Origin: an uncultured Alphaproteobacteria bacterium
GTDB taxonomy: Bacteria > Pseudomonadota > Alphaproteobacteria > ATCC43930 > CGMCC-115725
Length of the DNA stretch: 64,000 nucleotides
NCBI GenBank assembly: GCA_963773665.1
Contig: CAVZBZ010000004.1
Span: 275,430 to 339,429, forward strand
Direction: 5' to 3'
The notes under the pieces were generated by a model. It ran no database searches. It worked only from the letters and a program-made list of their open reading frames with translations, and had not been told where the DNA came from. This document shows positions 48,673 through 57,310 of the stretch, piece after piece. The position numbers and the translations under genes are program-made. Positions within the stretch are counted from its first letter, which is position 1. The number at the start of each line of letters is the position of its first letter.

Positions 48673-49554
48673 TCAGGCCGCGTAAATGAAGTCGTTCGCG
48701 GCTTTCGGCAGGCTCGCCGGATGCGTCATCGCATGACGCAGCTTTTCGAGCGCGCGCACTTCGATCTGGCGGATGCGCTCGCGCGAGACGGCGTAGCGGT
48801 GCGACAGCTCCTCGAGGGTCGAGGGATCGTCCTTCAAGCGGCGCTCGACGATGATGTCGCGCTCGCGCTGGTTGAGCATCTTCAGGGCCAAGCCGAGCTG
48901 CTCCTTGCGCTGCTGGAACTCATCGCGGTCGGCGAGCAGGTTTTCCTGGCTCGGCCGCTCGTCCGGCAGCATCTCGAGCCACTCGCTGTCGCCATCGGTG
49001 CCGACGAGCGCGTTGAGCGACGTATCGGCCCCGCCGAGGCGGCGGTTCATGTCGACCACCTCGAACTCGGGCACGTCGAGCTCGGTCGCGATCGCGTGCA
49101 CGGTCTCGGCCGAGAGATCGCCCTGCTCGAGTTCCTCCATGCGGCCCTTGAGCTTGCGCAGATTGAAGAACAGCTTCTTCTGCGCCGCGGTCGTGCCCAT
49201 CTTCACGAGCGACCAGGAATGCAGCACGTATTCTTGAATGGCGGCGCGGATCCACCACATCGCGTAGGTGGCGAAGCGGAAGCCGCGCTCGGGGTCGAAT
49301 TTCTCGGCCGCCTGCATCAAGCCGACATTGCCCTCGGCGACGAGGTCGGAGAGCGGCAGGCCATAGCCGGAAAAGCCGCGCGCGATCTTGACGACGAGCC
49401 GCAGGTGGCTGCCGACGAGTTCCTTGAGCGCGGTGCGGTCACGCGCGTCGCGCCACGCGGTCGCAAGCTCGTGCTCGCGCTCGAGTGTCAGCATCGGGAA
49501 GCGCTTTGCCTCCTCGACGAACCGGACGAGACTGGTATCGATCTTCGTGTTCAT
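48673..49554 (-). CDS. rpoH: RNA polymerase sigma-32 (heat-shock) factor
   Basis: RpoH box QKKLFFNLRKLK plus sigma-70 regions 2 and 4 (FATYAMWWIRAAIQEY, VSRERIRQIE). Confidence 0.95.
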   Translation of the reverse strand: MNTKIDTSLVRFVEEAKRFPMLTLEREHELATAWRDARDRTALKELVGSHLRLVVKIARGFSGYGLPLSDLVAEGNVGLMQAAEKFDPERGFRFATYAMWWIRAAIQEYVLHSWSLVKMGTTAAQKKLFFNLRKLKGRMEELEQGDLSAETVHAIATELDVPEFEVVDMNRRLGGADTSLNALVGTDGDSEWLEMLPDERPSQENLLADRDEFQQRKEQLGLALKMLNQRERDIIVERRLKDDPSTLEELSHRYAVSRERIRQIEVRALEKLRHAMTHPASLPKAANDFIYAA

Positions 49555-49664
49555 AGCCGTTTCTCTTTATGGCGGCCGTCCCCGGCCGCCGTCGCGACAT
49601 GACCGCCAACGCTGGCAGCCTGTCCCTTTGCTCCCGACAATACGGGTTCCCTGGTAACGAATGA

Positions 49665-49695
49665 GAAAATGGCGCTGCACAAGGCCAAATTCAAG
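49665..49695 (-). promoter_or_regulatory. candidate rpoH promoter CTTGAA-N17-CCATTTTC
   Basis: Read on the minus strand about 110-140 nt upstream of the rpoH ATG. It resembles both a sigma-70 box and the CTTGAA...CCCCAT-type sigma-32 box. This rests on a pattern match only. Confidence 0.3.
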
Positions 49696-49801
49696 ACCAA
49701 ATCGGTACTATTTCGCACCCGCGAAGGGAATGGCAGCCATGCGCCAGACCTCAAAAAGGCAGGCGCTCGGTCGCCGGGATCAGGCTTGGAAAATGAAGGG
49801 C

Positions 49802-50026
49802 TTAGGCCGCGAGGGGTTCGGCGTGGCCGGACGGGGTGACGCGCATAAGGGGCACGAAGGGCGGCTCTTCCGTGACGTGATGCCCTTCCGGCAGCAGCAT
49901 CAGCCTTCGCTCGGCACCCTCGATCCACCAGCCGATCACGAACCGTGCGCCGGCCCGGCGCGCGGCGAGTCGGGCCGCCAGCATCACCTCGGAGTCGATC
50001 GCCTGAAATAGCTCTCGCGTTCCCAT
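49802..50026 (-). CDS. small hypothetical protein (74 aa)
   Basis: ATG preceded by GAGAGG, same strand as the neighbours. I recognise no family, so it could be spurious. Confidence 0.35.
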   Translation of the reverse strand: MGTRELFQAIDSEVMLAARLAARRAGARFVIGWWIEGAERRLMLLPEGHHVTEEPPFVPLMRVTPSGHAEPLAA

Positions 50027-50094
50027 TGCAGCCTCTCAGCCGCCATGCTCGGCCCGGCGCCGGCCGGGGCGCGAGTGTCAAACTTGAGGCTGTC

Positions 50095-50883
50095 TCAGAG
50101 GGCAAGGTCGAGCGCCGGCGTATCCGGCTTCGACCCGGCGGCTTCACGCTCGCGCTCGAGGCGCATGTATTTGTCGAGCGCATCCATCATTTTCTGCGAG
50201 ATATCGACCGGCGCCTGCGGGTTCGGCGGCGCGGCGGCGGCGGCGGCCGGCAGCGCGCCCGCCGGGAGGACGAGCGGCACCGGCGCCGTCGGCTGAAAGC
50301 CGGCAGCGCGCGGTGCGGCCGCGGCCGGCCGAAGGGCGCCCGCGTTCCGCGCCAGGAACTGCTGCGCCGGCGTCTGCGACGAGGACGCCGCGGCGGCGAA
50401 GGCAGGCGGCGGCTGGGCGATGCCGCCGAACAGCGGCATCGGCGCATGGTCGAGCCGCGGCGGCGGGGCGGCGCTCGCCACAGTGGCAGGTGCCGGGGAT
50501 GCGGGCGCGGTCGCGGCGGCGGCGGTTGCGGCGGGCGCGGTCGCGGCGGCGACGGCGGTGGTCTTGGCATCCGAGCCGAACACCGCGGCAAGGGCGCGTT
50601 CGCCGAGGTCGCGGCCCTGGGAATCCTCGGCCGCGGCGCTCACGAGGCCAACCGCGGCGCCGATCGGCCCGCCATAGAGCGCATCGCCGGCGACCTGCGC
50701 CACCGCTCCCGGCCGGTCGCCGGTCAGCCAGCGATAGAGCGAGCCGATGATCGGCAGGTGCTGCAGCGGATTGACGATGTCGAGGATGTCGCGAAAGCCG
50801 AAGCCGCTGGGGTCATGCCAGGCGGTCCGGACCTGCGGTGCGGGGACGGAAGCGGACGAAGCGGCGGCGACGGAATCGCTCAT
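50095..50883 (-). CDS. Ala/Pro-rich hypothetical protein
   Basis: MSDSVAAASS...DILDIVNPLQHLPIIGSLYRWLTGDRPG (conserved-looking N-terminal part), then low-complexity A/P tracts and a charged C-terminal helix. Confidence 0.55.
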   Translation of the reverse strand: MSDSVAAASSASVPAPQVRTAWHDPSGFGFRDILDIVNPLQHLPIIGSLYRWLTGDRPGAVAQVAGDALYGGPIGAAVGLVSAAAEDSQGRDLGERALAAVFGSDAKTTAVAAATAPAATAAAATAPASPAPATVASAAPPPRLDHAPMPLFGGIAQPPPAFAAAASSSQTPAQQFLARNAGALRPAAAAPRAAGFQPTAPVPLVLPAGALPAAAAAAPPNPQAPVDISQKMMDALDKYMRLEREREAAGSKPDTPALDLAL

Positions 50884-50984
50884 GCCCCCGTTCAGGAGCA
50901 AGCGCCGTGCCAGAGCGAAAGCGCGGATAGAGGCCGGTTTTCCGAGCTACCCTGCGCGCGGGCGGCAGAATCTGCCCGGCAGAG

Positions 50985-52104
50985 TCAGAGCAGATGGCCG
51001 TGGCGCGTCGCCTTGGCGCGGAGATAGCGCTCGTTGTGCGCGTTCGCCGGGAAGACGTGCGGCACGCGCTCGACCACCTCGATGCCGCAGCGCGCGAGCG
51101 CCGCGACCTTGTCCGGGATTGTTGGTCATGAGCCGCACGCGCGCAAAACCGAGCTGCCGCAGCATTTCCGCGGCCGGCAGATAGACGCGCTCGTCGGCGT
51201 CGAAGCCCAGTTGCTCGTTGGCGTCGAACGTGTCGAGCCCGGCATCCTGGAGATTGTAGGCGCGCAGCTTGTTGACGAGGCCGATGCCGCGGCCTTCCTG
51301 CGCGAGATAAAGGAGGATGCCGGCGCCCGAGCGCGCGATCTCGGCGATCGCGCCGCGCAGCTGGTCGCCGCAGTCGCAGCGCAGGCTGCCGAGCAGGTCG
51401 CCGGTGAAGCACTCGGAATGGAGCCGCACCAGCGCCGGCTGCGCCGGATCGGGCGCGCCGATCACGATGGCGATGTGGCCGGTGCCGCCGTCGCTTGGCC
51501 GGAAGGCGATGATGCGCGTGTTCTCGGCATCGGCGAGCGGCACGCGCGCCTCGGCAACGGCGCGCAATGATTGCGCCGCATCCTGCTGATACGCCATGAC
51601 GTCGCGGCTCTGCACCGTATGGACACCGTCGCGCGCGAGCGCGGCGGCCATGCGCGGCGCGACCGGGCCCAGCATCGCCGCGGGCAGAAGCCGGGCGAGC
51701 TTCATCAGCTCGACCGCCGCGTCCGCCGCCGGCTGCGGCACGGTTGCAACGCCGCCGTCAGGCGGCGCGCCGGGATGCGAAGCGGGGTCGGCAAGCTCGC
51801 GCAGGAACTCGACCTCGCTGCCCTCGGGAATCGGGATGACGACGGTGCCGCCGGGACCCTGCGGCGCAGGGCCGAGGCCGAGCACCGCCGCGCGCCGCCG
51901 CGACAGAGCCAGCGACAATTGCCGCAGGGTGAGCCGCGCCAGCCGCGCCAGATCCTCCGAGGTCAGCGTCTCGGCGGCGATGACGGCGAGCGTTGCGCCG
52001 TCATGCGTCAGCAGCACCAACTCGCCGCGCCGCAGTTCGGCGATGGCGCGGTCCACGTGGCGCAAGCGATGCGCGGGCTCGGAATCGAGAACGTCTTCGG
52101 CCAT
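50985..52104 (-). pseudogene. ribA: GTP cyclohydrolase II with long N-terminal extension, frameshifted at a C/G run near 51113-51117
   Basis: [24 protein letters not shown]...[23 protein letters not shown]...RLMTNNP, then a frame change to [21 protein letters not shown]...HGHLL with a stop at 50985. Confidence 0.75.
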
Positions 52105-52116
52105 GGTGCGGAGTTA

Positions 52117-52458
52117 TTATAGGGGAACGGCGCGCGCCCGGTAGCATCCCACGCAATCGATCGCGAACGACAGCGCGAGAAGGAAGAGCCCTGCCGCGAC
52201 AAAGAGATAGCGCATCGCCCCGCTCGCCAGCACGAAGGTTCCGGCCTGCCCCGCCGCGAGCACGAGGAGCGAAAGGGCCAGCACCATGGCGGCGTCGACC
52301 TCCATGTCGAAGCGGGCGCCGAACGCGCTGGCGGCGCCGAGGCGGCGGGCGAGCCAGCCGCCTCGGCCCGCGAGCAGCAGGAGTGCCGCCGCGGCGCGCG
52401 CCGCGGTGACGGCGTTCGCCAGATTGACTCGCGCGAAATCGTGTATCGCTTCAGACAC
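52117..52458 (-). pseudogene. short CDP-alcohol phosphatidyltransferase-like remnant
   Basis: GGWLARRLGAASAFGARFDMEVDA fits the G(x)2AR(x)8G(x)3D(x)3D core, but the first Asp is Gly. The ORF is only about 113 aa, with a GTG start. Confidence 0.4.
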
Positions 52459-52707
52459 GAAATCGGGATTAACAACGTTCGAACGGTGATCTCCACTACT
52501 ATCAGAGCGGGCCAGGGGGCGGCGATAACATGAAAGAGAGCGGCCGGAGAGCATGCGACAATCCGGTGCGCGTGGTGATCGACCCGGCGCGGCGGCGCTG
52601 CTTCTCGCCGGGTTCGAAGCGGAAATCATCGAGCTGAGCTGGTACGGCGACGGGTTCGTGCGGGCGCCGCTCGGCGCCGAGTTCCATGCGCTATTCGCGA
52701 GGAAGCG

Positions 52708-53112
52708 ATGTATAGCCTTGCCGTCAGCGGCCACATGATGATCGCGCACAGTTTCGTGGGCGAGATTTTCGGGCCGGCGCAGCAGCTCCATGGCGCGACC
52801 TATGCGGTCGAGATGGAGCTGCGGCGCGCCGAGCTCGACGGCAACGGACTGGTCTGCGACATCGGCCTCGCCAAGGCGCTCCTGGACGAGGTGCTGGGCG
52901 AGCTCGGCTATCGCAATCTCGACGATGTGCCGGCTTTCCGCGGCCGCAACACCACCACCGAATTCTTGGCCGGCGAGATCTTCCGGCGCGCGAAGGCGCG
53001 GATCGCCAAGGGCGCGCTCGGCCCCGGCACGGCGGGCGCGCTCTCGTCCCTGCGCGTCAGCTTGCGCGAATCGCCGATCGCGTGCGCCGCGTTCGAGGGC
53101 GCGCTCGGGTGA
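52708..53112 (+). CDS. 6-pyruvoyl-tetrahydropterin synthase / QueD-fold protein with an incomplete zinc triad
   Basis: MIAHSF...LHGATY aligns with the AAHRL...LHGHSF pattern of QueD/PTPS, but the second His of HGH is Ala. GAGGAAG RBS. Confidence 0.7.
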   Translation: MYSLAVSGHMMIAHSFVGEIFGPAQQLHGATYAVEMELRRAELDGNGLVCDIGLAKALLDEVLGELGYRNLDDVPAFRGRNTTTEFLAGEIFRRAKARIAKGALGPGTAGALSSLRVSLRESPIACAAFEGALG

Positions 53113-54164
53113 GACCGTTCGCGCTGCTGCTGCCCGGGCCGATCGGGCAAGTGACCGGCGGCTATCTTTACGCGCGGCGCCTCGTCGAAGGCTTGCGTGC
53201 GCGGGGCGGCGAGGTTTCGGTGCATGAGCTACCCGGCCGCTTTCCCGATGCCGACGATGAAGCGCGAAGCGCTTGCGCACGGGCGCTCGCCGGCCTTGGC
53301 GACGGCGATGCCGCCGTCATCGACGGGCTCGCCCTTCCCGGATTTCGCGACTGCCTCGAGCGCGAGGCGCGGCGCCTCAAAATCCTCGCGCTCGTGCATC
53401 ATCCGCTGCCGGACGAGACCGGCATCGGCGCGGCGGAGGCGAATGCCTATCGCGCGCTCGAAGCGCGGCTGCTGCCGCGCCTCAGCGGCGTCGTTTGCCC
53501 GAGCGAGCGCACTGCCGGCGCGGTCGCTTCCTATGGCGTGCCGCGCGCGCGCATCGCAGTCGTGGTGCCCGGCACGATGAAGCCCGCCGCCGTGCCGACG
53601 CGCGCCGCCCGCCTAGGGCCGCTTCGCCTTCTCTCGGTCGCGACGGTGACGCCGCGCAAGGGCCACGGTCTTTTGATCGAGGCGCTCGCGCGGAATGCAG
53701 CGCGGCCGTGGCGCCTCACCATCATCGGCAGCCTGACGCGCGATCCCGAAACCGTGGCCGGAGTGCGCGCCGCGATCGCGCGCCATGGCTTGGGCGACCG
53801 CGTGACGCTGGCCGGCGAGTGGGAACAGGAGCGGCTCGGCGCGGCCTATGAAGCGGCCGATATTTTCGTGCTGGCGTCTTATCACGAGGGCTACGGCATG
53901 GCGTTCGCCGAGGCGCTGGCATACGGATTGCCAATCGTCGCCACGACCGGCGGCGCCATTCCCGAGACGGTGCCACAAGGGGCCGGATTGCTCGTGCCGC
54001 CGGGCGATGCCGCTTCGCTGGCCGATGCGCTTGCGCGGGCGATGGACGATGGCGCGCTGCGCACAGCGCTCGCGGCGGGCGCGGCGGCGGCCGGGCAATC
54101 GTTGCCGAGCTGGGACGAGGCGGTCGAGCGCTGGATCGAAAGCGCCGGGGCGCTGCTCGCGTGA
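53109..54164 (+). CDS. GT4-family (group 1) glycosyltransferase
   Basis: The GTG start overlaps the PTPS-like stop (GTGA). C-terminal EX7E region SYHEGYGMAFAEALAYGLPIV. Confidence 0.8.
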   Translation: MRPFALLLPGPIGQVTGGYLYARRLVEGLRARGGEVSVHELPGRFPDADDEARSACARALAGLGDGDAAVIDGLALPGFRDCLEREARRLKILALVHHPLPDETGIGAAEANAYRALEARLLPRLSGVVCPSERTAGAVASYGVPRARIAVVVPGTMKPAAVPTRAARLGPLRLLSVATVTPRKGHGLLIEALARNAARPWRLTIIGSLTRDPETVAGVRAAIARHGLGDRVTLAGEWEQERLGAAYEAADIFVLASYHEGYGMAFAEALAYGLPIVATTGGAIPETVPQGAGLLVPPGDAASLADALARAMDDGALRTALAAGAAAAGQSLPSWDEAVERWIESAGALLA

Positions 54165-54343
54165 AAAACTTTGCCGCCGACTGGCTTGCGCCGCGCCTCG
54201 CCTGGGCCGCGCGCTCCGGATTTTCGGCGCGCGACAGGGCCGCCGGGCTGACGGTTGGGACCCACGGTGCCGGCGCTTCGCCCGCCGTCGGCCACCGCGA
54301 CCTGCTGGCATTCCCGCCCGATCCGCGACAAATTGCCCCCTAA
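54161..54343 (+). pseudogene. 60-codon fragment, possibly the N-terminal remnant of a methyltransferase that normally follows the glycosyltransferase
   Basis: The GTG overlaps the GT stop. VKNFAADWLAPR... recalls the FxADWLALREP N-termini of SAM-dependent methyltransferases seen in similar clusters. This rests on memory only. Confidence 0.25.
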
Positions 54344-54358
54344 ACCCGGAGGTGAGGC

Positions 54359-54643
54359 ATGGCACGCGCGCTATGGAACGGCAAGGTGATCGCCCAGAGC
54401 GACCGGTTCGAACTGGTCGAGGGCAACGTCTATTTCCCGCCCGATACGGTCGACCGGCGCTATCTCAAGGACAGCGCCACGACGACCGAGTGCTCGTGGA
54501 AGGGCACGGCGCACTATTACACGCTCGCCGTCGAGGGCGCCGAGAACGAAGACGCCGCCTGGTACTACCCCTCGCCGAAGCAAGAAGCCGCCCAGATCCG
54601 CGACCACATCGCCTTCTGGCGCGGCGTCACGGTCGAGCGCTAA
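54359..54643 (+). CDS. DUF427 domain protein
   Basis: WNGKVIAQSD...EGNVYFPPD...CSWKGTAHYYTL...FWRGV. GGAGGTGAGG RBS. Confidence 0.75.
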   Translation: MARALWNGKVIAQSDRFELVEGNVYFPPDTVDRRYLKDSATTTECSWKGTAHYYTLAVEGAENEDAAWYYPSPKQEAAQIRDHIAFWRGVTVER

Positions 54644-54695
54644 CGGGGAGGGCGGGCGCGGAAACCGCCTATAAGAAGCGGGAGGTTGCATCCGC

Positions 54696-55385
54696 ATGAG
54701 CGCCGGCCGCACCATTCTGATCGTCGATGACGACGCGCTGCTGCGCCGTTCGCTTGCCGAGCAGCTCCAGCTGCACGAGGAATTCTCGACGCGCGAGGCC
54801 GGCTCGGGCGCCGAGGCGCTCGACGACGTGCGCGCGCACCATTGCGACGCGGTCCTGCTCGATGTCGGGCTCCCGGACATGGACGGGCGCGAGCTGTGCC
54901 GCCTGATGCGGCGCAACGGCGTGCGCGCCCCCATCCTGATGCTGACCGCGGCCGACGGCGAGGCGGACACGATCCTGGGCCTCGATTCCGGCGCCAACGA
55001 CTACATCACGAAGCCTTTTCGGCTCAACGTCCTGCTCGCCCGGCTGCGCTCCCAGCTGCGCCAGCACGAGCAGAGCGAGGACGCGGTCTTTACGATCGGC
55101 CCCTACAGCTTCCGTCCCGGCGCGAAGCTCCTGGTGGACGAGAGCGCGCGCAAGAAGGTGCGCCTCACCGAGAAGGAAACCGCGATCCTCAAATATCTCT
55201 ACCGCGCCGGAGAGCGCATCATCGGCCGCGACATACTGTTGAACGAGGTGTGGGGCTACAATTCGGGCGTCACGACGCACACGCTCGAGACGCACGTCTA
55301 TCGTCTCCGCCAGAAGATCGAGCGCAATCCCGCGAAGGCCGAGCTTCTCGTCACCGAGCCGGGCGGATACCGCCTCGTGCCGTAG
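54696..55385 (+). CDS. OmpR-family response regulator (CenR-like in alphaproteobacteria)
   Basis: Receiver ILIVDDD...LLDVGLPDMDG...ANDYITKPF plus a winged-helix output LTEKETAILKYL...THVYRLRQKIE. Confidence 0.9.
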   Translation: MSAGRTILIVDDDALLRRSLAEQLQLHEEFSTREAGSGAEALDDVRAHHCDAVLLDVGLPDMDGRELCRLMRRNGVRAPILMLTAADGEADTILGLDSGANDYITKPFRLNVLLARLRSQLRQHEQSEDAVFTIGPYSFRPGAKLLVDESARKKVRLTEKETAILKYLYRAGERIIGRDILLNEVWGYNSGVTTHTLETHVYRLRQKIERNPAKAELLVTEPGGYRLVP

Positions 55386-55439
55386 CGCACGCTGCATCGG
55401 TACCGTGCGCCCCTTCGGGGCGTAGTCGAAGGACGCACA

Positions 55440-55928
55440 ATGCCGCCGCTCGAAACTTCGCGGCTTCGCATCGCGCCGCTCGAACGGAGGGATGCCGAGG
55501 CGCTCCGCGCGATCACCGACGATCGGGCGATCACCAGCGCTATCCATTTCCTGCACGAGCCCTTCACGCTCGCCGATGCCGAGGCGCTGATCCGCGGCGG
55601 GATTCACGGCGTCGAGCGGTTCCTCGGCGTGTGGAAGGAGCAGGAGCTGATCGGCGTCGTCGGCACCGGACGGCGCGGCGAGGATGTCGAGGTGGGATAT
55701 TGGTTCGGCACCCGTTTTTGGCGCCAGGGATTTGGCGGCAAGGCGGTGGGAGCCGTGGTAACGGCATTGCAGCGCGAATTTCCCGGGCGCGAAATCATCG
55801 CCGAGTGCCGGCGCGAAAACCGCGCCTCGTGGCGCCTGCTCGAACGGCTTGGCTTTGCGGCGACCGGGAGCGCGGGCGAGCGGCCGGGGCGCGAGAGGCT
55901 GCGCCTCAGCCCCGCGCCAAGTCCCTGA
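55440..55928 (+). CDS. GNAT-family N-acetyltransferase
   Basis: LRIAPLERRDAEAL...WRQGFGGKAV...ENRASWRLLERLGF. Confidence 0.85.
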   Translation: MPPLETSRLRIAPLERRDAEALRAITDDRAITSAIHFLHEPFTLADAEALIRGGIHGVERFLGVWKEQELIGVVGTGRRGEDVEVGYWFGTRFWRQGFGGKAVGAVVTALQREFPGREIIAECRRENRASWRLLERLGFAATGSAGERPGRERLRLSPAPSP

Positions 55929-57309
55929 TCGCGGGATAACGCGCCAGAAGCCCGGCGCACTCGGCCATTTCCTCGACATTGTTGAAGGTCGGCACGCCGG
56001 CCTGCTCCATCGCCGAAAACCATTCGGCCTTGCCCGGCAGCGTCCCCATCATGCTGTGGAAATAGGGTAATCCAACATCGGGCGCCTGCGCCGCGAGCCG
56101 TGCGATGATCGGCCCGGCATCGACCATGAAGGGCACGACATGGATGCCGAGGATCGCGTCGAACGCGCCCTTGCCTTCGCGCACCGCGGTCTCGAGCGTC
56201 GCCGAAAACCGCTCCTCGCGCGCGTCGGCGAGAAGATCGACGGGATTGGCGACCGCGGCTTCCTGCGGCAGGTCGGCGCGGAGCCGCGCCGCCATCGCGG
56301 CGGGCAAGGGCGGCAGCTCGAGCCCCTGCGACGCCGCCTCGTCGGTGCAGAGGACGCCGGGCCCGCCCGAATTCGACAGGATGAAGACGCGCCTTCCGAT
56401 GCCGTGCGGAAATGCGCCGAACCCCTTCGCCGCAAGGAGCAGCTGGCGCAATGACATGACGCGCAGCAGCGCGGCGCGCGCGGCGAACACCGTGGCTTGC
56501 GCCGCGCTCATCGCGGCGGCACCGGTATGGCGCTTGGCGGCATCCGCGCCCGGACCGGTGCGGCCGCCGATGAGCGCCACGACCGGCTTTTGAGCCGCAA
56601 CCCGCCGTGCGACCGCGGCAAAGCGCGCCTCGTCCTCGACGCTCTCGATGTAGAGCAGCACGGCCGCGGTCCCGGGATCGTCGCCGAGATGATCGAGATA
56701 ATCGGCGACGCCCAGTTGCGTCGCGTTGCCGACCGAGACGATCGTGCCCAACGGAATGGCGAGCCGGTGCGCCGCCGCGATCAGCTCCTCGCCCAGGGCG
56801 CCCGACTGGGTGATGAAGGCGATGGCGCCGTTCCGGTTGGGCCCGGGCGGCATGTCGCGCAAAAACGTCGCGGCAAAGCGCGCGCCGCGCGTCAGGTGGA
56901 TGATGCCGGCGCAGTTGGGGCCGACGACGGCAAGACCGTGCTCGGCGATGAGGCTTTTGAGCTCGTTGTCGCGCGCGCGGCCGGCCTCGCCCGCCTCGGC
57001 GAAGCCGCCCGGCAGGATGATGATGTGGCGGTGGCGGGTCGCCGCCGCCTCGCGTACGGCGTCGAGAATGAGGTCGGGGCGGATCGCGATCACGACCGCG
57101 TCGGCGGGCTCGTTCAACTCGGCGAGCGAGCGCCGCACCGGCAGGCCGAACATCGTGCCGCCGCGCGGATTGACCGGGATGATGGTGCCGGAGAAGCCGG
57201 ATATGCGCAGCATCTGCAGCACGGCGCCGCCGGTCGAGCTTGGCCGCTCGCCGGCGCCGACCACGGCGACGCTGGAGGGCGCGAAGAACGGTTTCAGGTC
57301 GTGCGCCAT
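55906..57309 (-). CDS. CoA-binding protein of the ADP-forming acyl-CoA synthetase family (alpha-type, no ATP-grasp part)
   Basis: MAHDLKPFFAPSSVAVVGAGERP...GPNCAGI...KRHTGAAA. The 3' end overlaps the GNAT gene by 23 nt. Confidence 0.8.
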   Translation of the reverse strand: MAHDLKPFFAPSSVAVVGAGERPSSTGGAVLQMLRISGFSGTIIPVNPRGGTMFGLPVRRSLAELNEPADAVVIAIRPDLILDAVREAAATRHRHIIILPGGFAEAGEAGRARDNELKSLIAEHGLAVVGPNCAGIIHLTRGARFAATFLRDMPPGPNRNGAIAFITQSGALGEELIAAAHRLAIPLGTIVSVGNATQLGVADYLDHLGDDPGTAAVLLYIESVEDEARFAAVARRVAAQKPVVALIGGRTGPGADAAKRHTGAAAMSAAQATVFAARAALLRVMSLRQLLLAAKGFGAFPHGIGRRVFILSNSGGPGVLCTDEAASQGLELPPLPAAMAARLRADLPQEAAVANPVDLLADAREERFSATLETAVREGKGAFDAILGIHVVPFMVDAGPIIARLAAQAPDVGLPYFHSMMGTLPGKAEWFSAMEQAGVPTFNNVEEMAECAGLLARYPAIRDLARG

Positions 57310-57310
57310 C

